64,000 bases of DNA from Azolla caroliniana (Eukaryota > Plantae > Polypodiophyta). Of the stretch, positions 1-12,859 are shown piece by piece (positions within the stretch are counted from its first letter, which is position 1; every line of letters begins with the position of its first letter). The stretch is taken from positions 24,676,001-24,740,000 of the forward strand of contig JBHGNT010000004.1 in the NCBI GenBank assembly GCA_043228905.1, in the 5' to 3' direction. The notes under the pieces were generated by a model, which searched no databases, had not been told where the DNA came from, and worked only from the letters and a program-made list of their open reading frames with translations. A program made the translations under genes and the position numbers.

Positions 1-841
1 TGAATCTACGTTCGCACCTTGTGGGTCTCTTCCCCTCTCCTTTCCTCTCTTGCTCTTCGTTACAAGACCACCGAGGTCCCACCTCATTCCATGCATCCGC
101 GAGGAATACCTCGACAACGCCTGAAGCGTCAACACGGTCGTGCATACGCACATACGTCCGAAACGTCAACACGGTCGTGCATACGCACATACGCCCAAAG
201 CGTCAACACGGTTGTGCATACGCACATACGCCCAAAGCGTCATCACGGCCGTGCATACGCGCGTGGGTCTCTTCCCCTCTCCTTTCCTCTCTTGCTCTTC
301 GGTACAAGACCCCCGAGGTCCCACCTCGTTCCACGCATCCGCGAGGAATACCTCGACAACGCCTGAAGCGTCAACACGGTCGTGCATACGCACATATGTC
401 CGAAACGTCAACACGGTCGTGCATACGCACATACGCCCAAAGCGTCATCACGGCCGTGCATACGCGCGTACACCCAAAGCGTCAACACGGTCATGCATAC
501 CCGCGTACGCCCGAAGCGTGCACACCACACAATGTAGTCCAAGTCACCTTGAACATTCTATGCTCCACACATTGATAGAATGAATATGTTTTGGTTTCCC
601 TTATATATCCTGCGTTCCAATGTTGACCTATCTATGTGGGATATCTCACAGTTTGTATTTTTTTCCTTTTTCTCTTTAAACTTCTCACTCACATAACTTG
701 ATACTTATTTATCCAATTCATGCGTAGTAAAATACATTATGAAGCTCTTGAACACATCTATCTTTCCATATCAATATATTAAGCTAATCGTAAATAATTA
801 TTTTACTAGTTTTTATATCGTGTGTGAAAAACCACACGACA
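1..841. mobile_element. Probable LTR (or LTR end) of a retroelement nested in the 5' region of the downstream gypsy element; truncated by the window start
   Basis: GC-rich nested tandem repeats (1-520), then an AT-rich tract ending in a hairpin-like terminus TCGTGTGTGAAAAACCACACGACA (ends CA at 841), after which gypsy 5'UTR/gag sequence starts. The other end and TSD are outside the window. Confidence 0.4.
21..520. repeat. Two-level tandem repeat: ~242-bp unit x2, each containing 37-bp subunits
   Basis: GTGGGTCTCTTCCCC at 21 and 263; CGTCAACACGGTCGTGCATACGCACATACG subunits start at 127, 164, 201, 238 (period 37). Confidence 0.9.
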
Positions 842-2185
842 CCGGCCACACCCTTAGGTAAGAAATTTCTGAAAATATGTTGAATAATAGAAGGAGAATG
901 GATAGGGAACCACACCCTCTTCGACGAAAGGGAAATATGGAAATTGTGGATGAATTTGAATCACGAGAAATATTAGAGCATGGTAGTGACCAAATGAAAC
1001 AACCAAGAGGGCAAACCTCATAGGATTTAGAAGAAACAGCGGCGATCAAATTTGGATCTCTCCATGAAGCGTTGGAAGCAGAAGGGCAAGAGTCACGAGA
1101 AGAGACAACTCGAAGACTCGTGGAGACAGATGTTGGCCACAACCAAGCCCCACCAAAGGATCGATTAGAAATATTAGTAGATCTCCTTCTCATAAATGCA
1201 AATAGGGGCATAGAAGGGGGAGGCAGAAGGTTCATGCCAATCAAACCTCAAATGTATTCAGGTGAACGAAAATCACTAGCCTTGAATAGGTGGCTTCATG
1301 AGGTAGAATACTTTCTTCAGCAAAGCAGTATATCTTAAGACTAGTGGACCATATCTGCAACAAACTTTTTAGAAGGGAGGGCCTTAAATTGGTATCTAGC
1401 CGAAGAGAACGCATATCAATTCATGGGATTGCAAGCCTTCTCAACTCGAATGCGGCAATATTTTATCCACCAAATAAAACAACACGTTTGATGGATGAAT
1501 GGAGGAAATTAAGGGAAGGAGAGGGGAGTTTTTCAACATATGTCGACAAGTATAGACAACTCATGCTTCAACTTCCTCATTTTCATGAAGTGCCTAAAAT
1601 TCATGGTTTTTTGTTGGGTTTAAGATCGAAAATCAAGATGGAGATTGAAAAGCAACAACCGATGAATTTGGAGATGGCAATTCAACTAGCTAAATGAATT
1701 GGTGATTTTGAAGAACTTCAACAGCCATGAAATTGTCCATCTACTTCCCTATGAGACATGATTTTAATAGGCAAGGGCAAAGAGTCTTCAACAGATCACC
1801 TACTATGTCCCAAGATAATTGGGGGGATAGTCGTGGAACACGAAAAACCATGTTATCCACATCAAATGGGGAAAGGCTCCCAAATCTTCGAAGGGGTTGT
1901 TTTGAATGCGGCGGTCCACATTTAACATTTGAATGTCCCCGAAGGAAATCACCTAAAGTCGTGGTAGCCCAAGCTAATGTTAGGGATCTTGATAAGGGAC
2001 AACAACTATGAACCTCTCGACATTCTTGATGAGGTGGAGGATGGGTTAATGGAGGTCACGACAGGGGCAGCAAGGTAAAACCCCTTTGTTTTGATGTGGG
2101 TGTCTCTCACGTTGATCATTTGTACTTGGCAGCCAAGATCAACGGTCATGCTTGCAATGCCATGATTGATAGTGGAGCAACACAT

Positions 2186-2552
2186 AACTTTATCACTCCC
2201 GAGTACGTCACTAAATTCGGATTAAAACCTATGCCATTAAAGGACATATCCATAAGCTTTCTGCAAGGCTCAACCAATGTTGGTTTCCTAGCGTTGGATA
2301 TTCCTATGCAAGCGGAAGCATGGAAAGAAAAGGTAAATTTTCTAGTAGTTCCAATGACAGGATTTGATGTCATATAGAAACTTTATCACTCCCGAGTGCG
2401 TCACTAAATTCGGATTGAAACCTATGCCATTAAAGGACATATCCATAAGCTTTGTGCAAGGCTCAACCAATGTTGGGTTCCTGGCGTTAGATATTCCTAT
2501 GGAAGCGGAAGCATGGAAAGGAAAGGTAAATTTTCTAGTAGTTCCAATGACA
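2186..2552 (+). repeat. Internal direct duplication (~174 bp, period 193) of the gypsy protease region
   Basis: AACTTTATCACTCCCGAGT...CCAATGACA at 2186-2359 and 2379-2552; both ORFs 2096 and 2364 encode NFITPE.VTKFGLKPMPLKDISISF. Confidence 0.9.
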
Positions 2553-3785
2553 AATTATCGCGCATTTTGGAAGGAGAATAGACAAAGTATTATTGGACAA
2601 TTTGGATGGACACAATGGGGTGGTGGTAAATCGTCATTGCCCAACAATAAAGCAAGTGCAATCAAGTGAACAGTCCAGTCCTCCCTTAGCATTATGTAGC
2701 GCCAAAGTGGCTAATCATTAACTTCAAAAAAGGGGCAATTATTTCTATGTACAACAATTGTCTGCCATCAAGCAAATACAACATTGGAAGGACACAAAGG
2801 TAATCCAATAATTCAGCACCTAATAACCGAATTTAGTGATGTGCTAACAGCCAGGTTACCTCCTGGACTACCCCCTAAAAGAGCCATTGATCACAAAATC
2901 AACATACTACCGGGAAGCACACCACCAGCTAAAGCTCCATACAAGTTGAATGCAACTCAATTAGCAGACTTGAAGAATTGATCGAGCTAGAGACATTTGG
3001 TTTCATCCGCCCAAGCAATTCACCATACAGGGCACCCGTTATATTTGTTGCAAAAAAGGATGGAACAATGAGAATGTGCATGGACTATCAAGCACTCAAC
3101 AAGATAACAATCAAAGGTAAATATTCATTGCTTGTCATTGACGATTTACTAGATCAATTGGCAAGGGCACAATTTTTTACTCGCATCGACTTGAAGTCGG
3201 GATACCACCAAATCCGAGTTACTAAACATGACATTGAGAAAACAGTTTTTTGGACAAGGTATGGCAATTATGAATGGTTGGTTATGAGTTTTGGGCTCAC
3301 CTGTGCACCAAGAACATTTAGTCGCTTGGGCAATGAACCATTTCGTGCTTTTCTTGATGAGTTTGTCATCTTATACATAGATGATCTGCTCATCTATAGC
3401 AAAACATTAGAAGAGCATATGTTACATGTTAAGAAGGTGTTACATATATTGCGAGAAAACAAATTGTATGCTAACCCCAAAAAATGTGAGTTTGCAGTAC
3501 AAGATACTAACTTCTTAGGTTTCCGGGTAGGGAAACATGGCCTTCGCATGGATACAAGCAAGGTGGATGCTATACGAAGATGGCCAATCCCAACTAAAAC
3601 CATAGAAGTCCAACAATTTGTACGTTTCGTGCAATATGTGCGTAAATTCATCAAGCATTTTAGTGCAATTGCAGACCCCCTAACTAACCTAACTAACGCT
3701 AAAACAAGTTTTAAATGAACAGCACTAGAACAAGATGCCTTCAAAAAACTTAAAGAAGCGGTGTGTTCACAACCAGTGCTTAAGT

Positions 3786-4054
3786 TGACGGGAACTACAC
3801 GCTCCTTATACGCAACGCTCGGCCACAACCGAACTTAGAATCATACATAGAAATCGGGAAATAAATGCACAACACAAAGAAGAGAAGAGTACACAGGATG
3901 TTTACGTGGAAAACCCAAACCAAGGGAAAAACCACGGCAGCCCACAGGCTGCAAACTATCACTATGTTAGAATGTACAACAGTGAGTTCACGTAGGCAAC
4001 GACCTCGTGCTCACGATCTTCGCCACAGGCGACGGTTACAACAGAGGCAACGAC

Positions 4055-4099
<45 letters not shown>

Positions 4100-4568
4100 C
4101 ACGGTTACGTGCTCGCTCTCTTCTTGCACCAACAAGAATAACAACAACTCTACATTACAACTATAAGTTTTCCCTAAGTCATATTTATACTAATATGACT
4201 TTTCGGCTATTTACAAATATAGCCATGATGGACTCTCATAAACATATTTACGAATATGTCTCTTCATCCGGTGAGCACTCCTCGCCGGGTCTGCACCATC
4301 CGGCTCTCCGTAGCCGGGTACTCCTCATCCGGTTCTCACCAGGTCTGCGCCATCCGGCTCTCCGTAGCCGGGTACTCCTCATCCGGTTCTCACCGGGTCT
4401 GCACCATCCGGCTCTCCGTAGCCGGGTACTCCTCATCCGGTTCTCATCGGGTCTGCACCATCCGGCTCTCCATAGCCGGGTACTCGTCATACGGTTTCGG
4501 CCTCAGCCGAGTATGTTCATCAGCACTGTTCTTCTCTCTTCCCATCCGGAGGGACCTGTCTCCCAACA
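3786..4568 (-). mobile_element. Solo LTR (783 bp, copia-like) inserted between gypsy RT and RNase H
   Basis: Starts TG (3786), ends CA (4568), flanked by perfect 5-bp TSD TAAGT (3781-3785, 4569-4573); removing it restores PVLKLPDFTKPF. On the minus strand it carries the GTGGTTTTTCCC...GGGTTTTCCACGTAAA motif common in copia LTRs, a (GA)n tract and 54-bp tandem repeats. Confidence 0.9.
4280..4500. repeat. 54-bp tandem repeat x~4 inside the solo LTR
   Basis: GTCTGC(A/G)CCATCCGGCTCTCC(G/A)TAGCCGGGTACTC units starting at 4289, 4343, 4397, 4451. Confidence 0.92.
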
Positions 4569-6541
4569 TAAGTTACCAGATTTTACTAAACCATTTGAAA
4601 TCCATACAGATGCTTCTGATGTGGCTTATGGTGCAGTGTTGATACAGGATGGACATCTAGTTGCTTATGAATCCAAGAAATTTTCAGATATTGAAGTTAG
4701 GTGGCCTACTCATGAGAAAGAAATTATTGCCATCGTCTATGCCTTACGCAAATGGCGTCATTATGTCCAAGATAAGTTTACTAAAGTATTCACAGATAAT
4801 ATATCCTTGCAGAATTTTCAATCCCAGCCGAACTTGTCCCCTAAAGAAGCTCGTTGGCAAGATTTTTTGGCAAAATTTGATTTAAACCATAAAAGTGGTG
4901 CTCTTAATACTAACTCGGATGCTTTAAGTCGAATGCCTCATGCTTGTACCATTTTGGTAATGTCTGATTCTTCTTTGCTACAAGACATTCGAACAACTCA
5001 ACAACATGATCCTTACACACAACAATTGATTTCCGATATGGAAATGCAGCGTGCGGCCCATGGGTCACTCAAAATGCAACAAGGTCTATTAATGGTACAT
5101 AGTCAGTGGTTTGTACCTAATATAAGGGAAATTAAGGCACTGATTTTGCAAGAAGCACATGATTGTAAGATGGCAGAGCATGGTGGTATTCACCAGACAC
5201 TCACCAACATCCAGCAACATTTTTCTGGCCCCATATGGAGTTGGATGTAAAAGATTACGTCCAATCCTGTGTGACATGCCAACAAGTCAAAGCTCGGCGT
5301 GGACGACCATTTGGATTACTACAACCCATGCCAATACCTGCTCAACCATGGGATGTGGATTTGCCCGTGTCAAGAGGTTATAATGCGATCATGGTGGTCA
5401 TCGACCATTTCTCTAAACAAGCTCACTTTGTACCAACAAAACCACCCCTCACAACCCTCTAGGTAGCCAAATTGCTCTTCAAACATATCTTTAAATATCA
5501 TGGCATGCCTGCGGCTATCGTATCAGATAGGGATCCACATTTTACTAGTCGATTTTGGCAAGAACTATTCAAATTGTTGGGCCCATAACTTTGAATGTCT
5601 TCTACGGCTCATCCCCAAACTGATGGCCAAATGGAAAGGGTAAACCAAAGTTTTGAAGACTATATTTGTTGTTATGTGCAACCGGATCAAAAAGATTGAG
5701 TGGATCATATCTATCGATATGCTGGAATTTTGTTATAACTCCTCTGAACATTCTGCCACTGGTTTTTCTCCTTTTGAATTAGCTACATGGAAGCAAGTTC
5801 TTACTCCATTGGCTTTGGTCTCTCAAGCTGTCGAGATAAAATTAAAGAGCCTGATGTCGATCTTTTTCTAGCAGATTGGCAAGCAACAATGCGGGTTGCA
5901 CAACAAGGATTACAACAATCAAAGGAACGAATGGTTCAGGCAACTAACAAAAAACGTCAACACATCGAATTTTTCAAAGGCGACTTGGTTCTCATTAGTG
6001 TCGTTCATTAGCCTTTACCTGGACGACTCTCACCTAAATTTAACCATCATTATTACGGGCCATACGAAGTGCTACAAAGTTTTAATGGAGTCACTTACAA
6101 GCTAAAATTACCTAGTTCCGTCAAGGTGCATGATACATTTCATGTAAGTTTGCTTAAGAGATTTCATGCAGATAAACGTTGGAGTTAGAAGACTAACCTA
6201 AGTGAGGAAGCTGAAAAACCTGAAGCAATCTTAAAACAACAAGGTCGCAATGGAAACCCAAAATTTTTTATCAAGTGGAAAGGGCGGCCACTTTCGGAAG
6301 CCACATGGATCTCTAAAGAAAGTTTGTTTCGTTCAGATCCCTCATTCTTGTTCGGGTACCCTAGCTCTAATTAGTGCTACAATGGCAAGGGTTTAGATAT
6401 TGCCTATTGTATTAGTATGGTAAGACCACCTTTGCCATTATCCTTCTTTCCTTTTTTTTCATTTACTTATGGACTTCGCAAGTCATGTTATTGTACTGGT
6501 GTTTTAGTTTCGAGGACGAAACTCTTCACCTCGTGGGAGAG

Positions 6542-7400
6542 TGTTATGTTATGGAGTAGTTAGAATTAGAGAAATTAGGGGAAGATTGGTTGGGAGTAAC
6601 TAGAGAAATTAGTGATCAAGTAGCTAGAGGAATTAGTGGTCAAGTAGCTAGAGAAATTGGTGGTGAAGTAGTTGAGTAAATGGGTATTTAACTAGGTTGT
6701 GTGCATAGAGAAGAGGAGGCTACTTTTTGGGAAATTGGGGGGATGCCCCCAATGTAATACTTTCCCTTTAATACAAAAAATACCTTTTTCTCTTATTGGG
6801 TTGAATACCCCTTTTCTAGAATTCTCTTTCTCCTTCCAGAGCTTTGTAATATTGGCCCCACTAATTATGTATCAATATACAAAACCAAAATGAAAATAAA
6901 TGGTTTAGCGATTAGGACAATAGTCGTGTATAGACTTCAAATCCTTACGATGAGGTATCTTTAACTCCTCATTTTTTAGTGTAAAGTTGGGATAGTTTGC
7001 ATTTAATGCGAATGATGCTCCTCTCTCCCTATAAAAGGAGGGGAAGAGGGCTTGTTTAGGGGTCTTCTTTTTGAGAATTTTAGCGTTAAGGTATATATAC
7101 TCTCTCTTTTTTCTTATCTAGCCCTTTTTCTACTTCAAAGGTCTTCATAGTCTTCATCAACACCAAGCTCACCACATGTTAAGGACTTCGAGGAAGGGTT
7201 CGACTAACTCATGCACCAGTCGTCAAAGGGAGCACAAAGAGGCTCGAGAACACTACTCCTACAATGAGGGTCATAGCCGTTGATAATAGTCAGAGTCTCA
7301 TTGGTCCACTGGACTCACCTTCACATGAAGCTCCAAGCCTCCCTTCATTCTTGTCTTAAATTTATTAACCGTTGTAAAACCCACCATACTCATGGCATTA
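6542..7400 (+). repeat. 3' LTR of the chromovirus (end approximate)
   Basis: TG right after the PPT; ~21-bp repeats GTAGCTAGAGAAATTAGTGGTCAA (6595-6670); TATA-like CCCTATAAAAGG at ~7027. No partner LTR in the window to fix the end. Confidence 0.55.
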
Positions 7401-8302
7401 TTTGGTGAACTCGATTTCTTTTTATTGTAAGAAACAGAAATTTCTCTATCTAAACTTATTTTTTGAGCCACTATTGTGTTGTGGTGTTAGTCAGTGCATT
7501 AGTCTTAATTTCATGTGATTAACACTAATCATTTGTTGATTGCCCTATGTCATTATGTGTGCGGGTGCGGGTGTGAGTGTGAGAAGTTCAAGCGGTTGCC
7601 GGTGAGCATGTCTCTTCATTTGCCTTGTTTAATTACATTTGGTCAAGTGGTTGTTCGTTCGCCTCGTTTATTCGTATTCTTTGTTAGCATCCTACTTTCG
7701 CCTAACATTTGCATCCTTCATTCACATCCTATGTTGGCCTCCGAACATTCACCTCCACTTTTTGCGTCCTTCGTTCACCTCCTTTGTTTGTGTCCTTCAT
7801 TTGCATCTTATGTTTGAATCCGAATGTTGGCCTTCTTTGGTCACATCTGTACATTTTTATGTCCTTCATCCCCCTCCTTTGTTTGCCTTGTACATTTGCC
7901 CTCTCGAGTTTTCTCTTTGCCTCGATCTTTGTGCACCAATTATATATAAAGGGGATTCAATCAAGGAGATTTTCAAGGTGGTCCAAAGAATATTCTCACA
8001 TGGCATCACGTCCCGGTCGAGGACCATATAGTCCCACTCGAGTAGCACACTTACATGACAACACTCTCACACTCACTTTTGTCATACAATTACTTACTAA
8101 AATAGGAAAATTAACACTAGTGTATATATCCACACACTTTCTCCAAAGGCAAGTTAAATGAGCTTGCACCAACTTGTGAACAAAATAACCAAATGTGAGT
8201 TCTCGTGCCAAAGTAAATGTTCAACTTCAACAAACTCTGAAATAGTAATCTTCAACCCTTTTCCCAGTTCAAGACCTTGGTGGTCCCACTCCCATTTCAC
8301 AT

Positions 8303-9255
8303 ACACAAATTCCCATGATAATGTCAACTATATAATCTAGGTCGAAAATAGTCTTTGTCCTTCATTTGGAATTAATTTTTGATAATAAGTGGATATTTCA
8401 CTTATGAAGGGTGTATGAAGGGTGAAAGTAAAAAACAATACTAAATTCAATTTAGTAATTTAGTATTGTTTTTTAACAATTTAGCAATGGGCATGGTTCG
8501 GTTTTAGTTTGGTTCGGTTTCAAGGCAAAGAAACCGAAACCGAACCATTTATATAAAACAAAAACCAAACCAAACCATTTGGGGAAATGTTGAAACCAAA
8601 CCGTTTAGGGAAAAGTTAAAACCAAACCGAACCATTTAATATAAAAAATTAACCCAACCATTTAAATCAAACTAATTAAACATCGAAATAAACAAAAGCA
8701 CATTAAATTAAATAAACATTTAAGTTCAATTAATTAAATCAATTAAAAAACCATTAAATTAATAAACTATTAAGTTAAAAAAAAAGTTAACCAAAAACCT
8801 ATAAACCCGAGTTTTAGAACCAAACGAACCGAAACCAAACCGTTTATCGAAAATCCAAACCAAACCTAACCATTAAATTTTTTTGGAACCAATAAACTGT
8901 TAAACCATGGCTTAACGGTTCGGTTCGGTTTGAGCCAAAACCATGCCCATTACACGAATTCCCATCACAATGTCAACTATAGAATCTGGGTCGAAAATAG
9001 TCTTTGTCTTTCATTTGGAATTAATTTTTGATAATAAGTGGATATTTCACTTATGAAGGGTCAAAGTAAAAAACAATACTAAATTGAGAAAAAAATTTAT
9101 TTTCACCATAGATAAGAATAACCAGAAATTAGAATTACAAGGCTATGCAACTACTGAATTGAAATAGTCTATGTCCTTCATTTAGAATTAACTTTTGGCA
9201 ATAAGTAGCGCTTTCACATATCAAGGGCCAAAATAAAAAACAATACTAGATTGGG
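8303..9255 (+). repeat. ~140-bp direct repeats flanking MITE copy 1, plus a third degenerate copy
   Basis: AATTCCCAT...GTCGAAAATAGTCTTTGTC...AAAAAACAATACTAAATT at ~8303-8447 and ~8953-9086; degenerate copy ~9160-9255. Confidence 0.8.
8482..8953. mobile_element. hAT-type MITE, copy 1
   Basis: TIR TAGCAATGGGCATGGTT ... AACCATGCCCATT; many GGTTC/AACCG subterminal repeats; AT-rich core; homologous to 17074-17739. Confidence 0.75.
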
Positions 9256-11292
9256 AATAAAAAAATTCAACCATTGAACTAAAATGGTTTCATGACATTG
9301 AAATCTTCTCTCTTTATATATACATAATACTTTGGAGTCTTATGCATGCTCACTACCTTGTTGTGATGCAAACTTGCCACTTGGAGTTCATATATAGATG
9401 TCTCTTAATGTCTATATATATTTGTTTGTTTGTGTGTGTGTGTAATTCATGGAGTTCATGGAGTCAAGTCTCCAATAAACAATCAAAATTTGGTGTAAGA
9501 TTCAGGGTATAAACAAGATTCTCAACCAACTCCCAAGTCAAACCACAAGACATATTGCCTAACTATAATTGCTGAGATAATATATTTTGTTATGTTGTTA
9601 GAGTGGGGGTAATGACTCATGAGATATTTGAGATCATGACTCCACTTTGGCCCATGAACAATGGGAAGAAGCAAATTCCTAAACACTCACACTAGTGGAA
9701 ACAATAATGAAATAAATAAGGAGCTCATAGGTAACAAATGCTTAATTAACTAGAGGTAAGAATGTTATAATGAACCCAAATGGTAAAAGTTTTAGGTAAT
9801 GGAAAGGGGGGATACAAAGGGGACTGTAAAAGCTCTTTAATTCCTCGAGGACTACATTTGTACATTTGGAATTATGTTTAGTGACTAATTAAGCATGATC
9901 AATGGATGGGTAAATCCAAAATAATCTTATAATATATAGAAAGATCATTATTAGATATTTGTATATAGCTTAAAAGTGTGTCATTAATTGTATTGCCCAT
10001 TTTCTAATTAAGTTTGTCATTAACTTCTTGATGACAACATTGATCTCCCCATCATTTCTTCAGCTTCTCCCTAATTGAAGCCTTCAAAGAATATTAACAT
10101 TCAGGTAGTTAGATATCATTCCTGTGGTTGGTTGGTTTTCTACTTCATTCAATCGAGTTCTCTAGGTTAATATTCAAGGTTTGCAATATTCTCTTTTCAT
10201 GGGATGAATTCCTATTTTACACTATTTGTAAACTCCATTATTGGGGGGCTTGTACCAAGGGTTTTGTACTTTGGTTGGGTTGTTCATCATTGTTCGTACC
10301 AACATACATGGCCCGTAAAAGTTTGTCAGAACCACACATCCACAACAACACATGCATATAAATATACATTGTCCATAAATACATAGAGAGAGAGGGAAAA
10401 AAAGCGTCAAAGTGTACTTTGGGCAATGTTATGCAAATAATAAATCGTGGTGATGGTGATGATATTTTAACGACCTAGGCTACAAAAAAAATGTAGCGGC
10501 TGTGGGATGTACTATGTTAAATGCAAGGCGAGGAACTTGTGTGACCAGCTCTAAAGGAAACGACCATAAAATGTGGTGATAAAAACGTGGGACTCTTTTT
10601 CGAGTGAGAAATGGCGAGGAGCCCTTGTCTCACGTAGGTATGCTCTTATTAAAGGAAAAGGTGGATCGCTAAACTAAAGTATACCTTTTGTTTTTTTGTT
10701 GTTTAGTGGGTGTTTGTCAATGAAGAAAAGTGACACCTCAAGGAAGAAAGGAAGGATAGAGACGGAGGGAGCGAATGCTCGTAATGATGGCTGCCTCGGA
10801 ATGGATCAAGTGTTGGCATGGGAAGGTCAAGAGAAGTCAATACAATCGACACCAGCCCAACACAAGTGTGGGTTGAGTGGAGTTTCTTTGGGGGGCACTT
10901 GGACCCATATCCGAAAGATGACAAGCGAGTGGGTGCATGAGGACCACATGGGGGATAGGACAGCCATCGAGGAACAAACACACACACAATCTCTCTCTCT
11001 TACTTATTGCATGCTCAAGGTAATTCACGAGAAATTTGATGAGTTGCTAGTGCAGACATGGTAATGTGAGTAACATGCTTAAATTTCCAGTAGGGACGGC
11101 GAGCACATGTATGTAGGCATGCTTTTCACATTGAGAGTTTGTTTTGTGTTTTTTTTACTATAGAGAACTTTAACACCCCTCACCTTCTTCGGGAAGGAGT
11201 CGCAGACACGACAATACATTGGGATGGTCCCATAGGGACAAAATTGGCCCTCATCACGGACGATTAAACATATGTTCTATTCGACACACACA

Positions 11293-11399
<107 letters not shown>

Positions 11400-11829
11400 A
11401 AAACACACAATTATATTAGTAAATGTGTATGAAAAATATTACTTACAATGGGTGTCACAATGGAGTATTCTCTCTCTCTCTCTCTCTAGTTTGGTGTTAT
11501 TATATAGGCCATTTCTATCTCTTAAAAGAGATAAGTTCATCCACTTCTATATGTTAGTAGCCCATCTACCTCACCGAATGTACAAAGAGTAAAAGACAAA
11601 GGAAAGGAGGGAGGGGGGTCATGAGTTCGAATCCCACATCTGACACATCCATAGCCTTACTTATACTATTTTAGTCTCTTATAGAATCCAAAAATGTTAC
11701 TATTCTCGTGACCCTTCGAATTTTCTCATCAGCTGATCCCCCCCCTCATCTTTTCCCTAATTTAATTTGGATCCTTATACTGTATACATTTTCTTAATCT
11801 TAATCCCTCATCTGAAATACATCCAGCCC

Positions 11830-12640
11830 TTCCTTCCGATCAGAATCAGCATCAATCGAATCATCCAAACCCTAATTTCAATCAATCGGAATCCGAATCA
11901 ATCTAATCATCCAGAGTGCTGAACCGTCAGAGTCAGAATCAGAGTCGATCTAATAATATTGACCTTCACATCAGATCGGCTCAGAATCGACCTAATTATT
12001 CAAATATTTTGGAATTTAGATCCATAGAATCATCCTGGAATTGGGATCAGAATCGGCCTACTCATCTGAACCGTCAGAATCAGAATCCATTCAATCATCT
12101 GGAGTTTGGACATTCAGATCGGGCTCAGAATGGTATGCAAAGTGAATGTAATTACAGATCTAAATATGGTGAAACACTACTTAACAGATTAAGATGTAAC
12201 TACACAGCTAATTAGTCCAATCACAGAGAAACTAATCTCTTATAAATTAAATACTGCCTTATCGGGGCAGATTAATTATATCATTAAAGTTAATTGTTTG
12301 GCATGATTCTCTCCTAATCTGGGAAGATTCCAATAGTAATTAGTTTGTATGATTCTCTTCTAATCTGTAAAGAATCCAATCATTATTTGCATAATCTCTT
12401 CCTAATCTGGAAGAAATCTCAAATAATAAATTATTTCTTAATCTGGGAAGATTCCAATAATCATTTGCATAATTCTTTCCTAATCCAGGAAGATTCCATA
12501 ATTATTTTCATAATTGTTGATTTCCTGGTCTGGGGAAGAAGATTCCAATAACTATTTTGGACGATTCTTTTCTAAGCTGGGAAGATTCCCTAAGCTCAGA
12601 ATTATCCTAATCTGGAAAGATTCATGGTTGTTTTATAATA
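11830..12640. repeat. Two degenerate tandem arrays upstream of the HLH-ACT gene
   Basis: 11830-12130 repeated (T)CAGAATC(A/G)...AATCATC units; 12300-12630 about eight ~40-bp units TGATTCT(C/T)TTCCTAATCTGGGAAGATTCCAATAA. Confidence 0.75.
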
Positions 12641-12859
12641 TGCGAAGATAAGGTTTTTCTTTCTTCTAAACCTGATTAATATTGATCTAATCTGGGCAAA
12701 TTAATTATGGCGCTATTTATCCTAACCAGGCGGAGGGTTTCAGGCCAGGGCGGAGATTCCGTCATCCCTATCGAGCTTGTTCGTAGATAGTGAGGGATTG
12801 GATTTAATGGTTAGTGGCTGGATTAGTGATTAGGATTTGCGATATCATCAATTATTATA

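Larger units (their letters stand above)
842..7400 (+). mobile_element. Decayed Ty3/gypsy chromovirus LTR retrotransposon (gag-PR-RT-RH-IN-chromodomain, 3' LTR from 6542; right end approximate)
   Basis: Gag fragments 1072-2011 with CCHC knuckle CFECGGPHLTFEC; protease MIDSGATHNF (2162); RT with YIDDLL (2978-3718); RNase H TDASD...HEKE (4574-4900); integrase pieces 5159-6100 incl. YGPY; chromodomain-like PEAILKQQ...FFIKWKGRPLSEATWIS ending TAG at 6374; PPT-like ...CGTGGGAGAG followed by TG at 6542. Many stops and frameshifts. Confidence 0.92.

Noticed and set aside
19-583. Overlapping ORFs in several frames and CRISPR-like 37-bp periodicity
   Set aside because: Units are contiguous tandem repeats without unique spacers, no cas genes, eukaryotic context; the ORFs are by-products of a stop-poor repeat.
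3865-5250. 461-aa ORF as a novel repeat-containing protein
   Set aside because: Chimera of antisense solo-LTR sequence (CT microsatellite, 54-bp repeats) fused by chance to gypsy RNase H.
10696-11064. 122-aa ORF upstream of the HLH-ACT gene
   Set aside because: Non-ATG start in the track, no recognisable domain or splice partners.
11623-11635. tRNA gene
   Set aside because: B-box only; no cloverleaf or acceptor stem can be formed.
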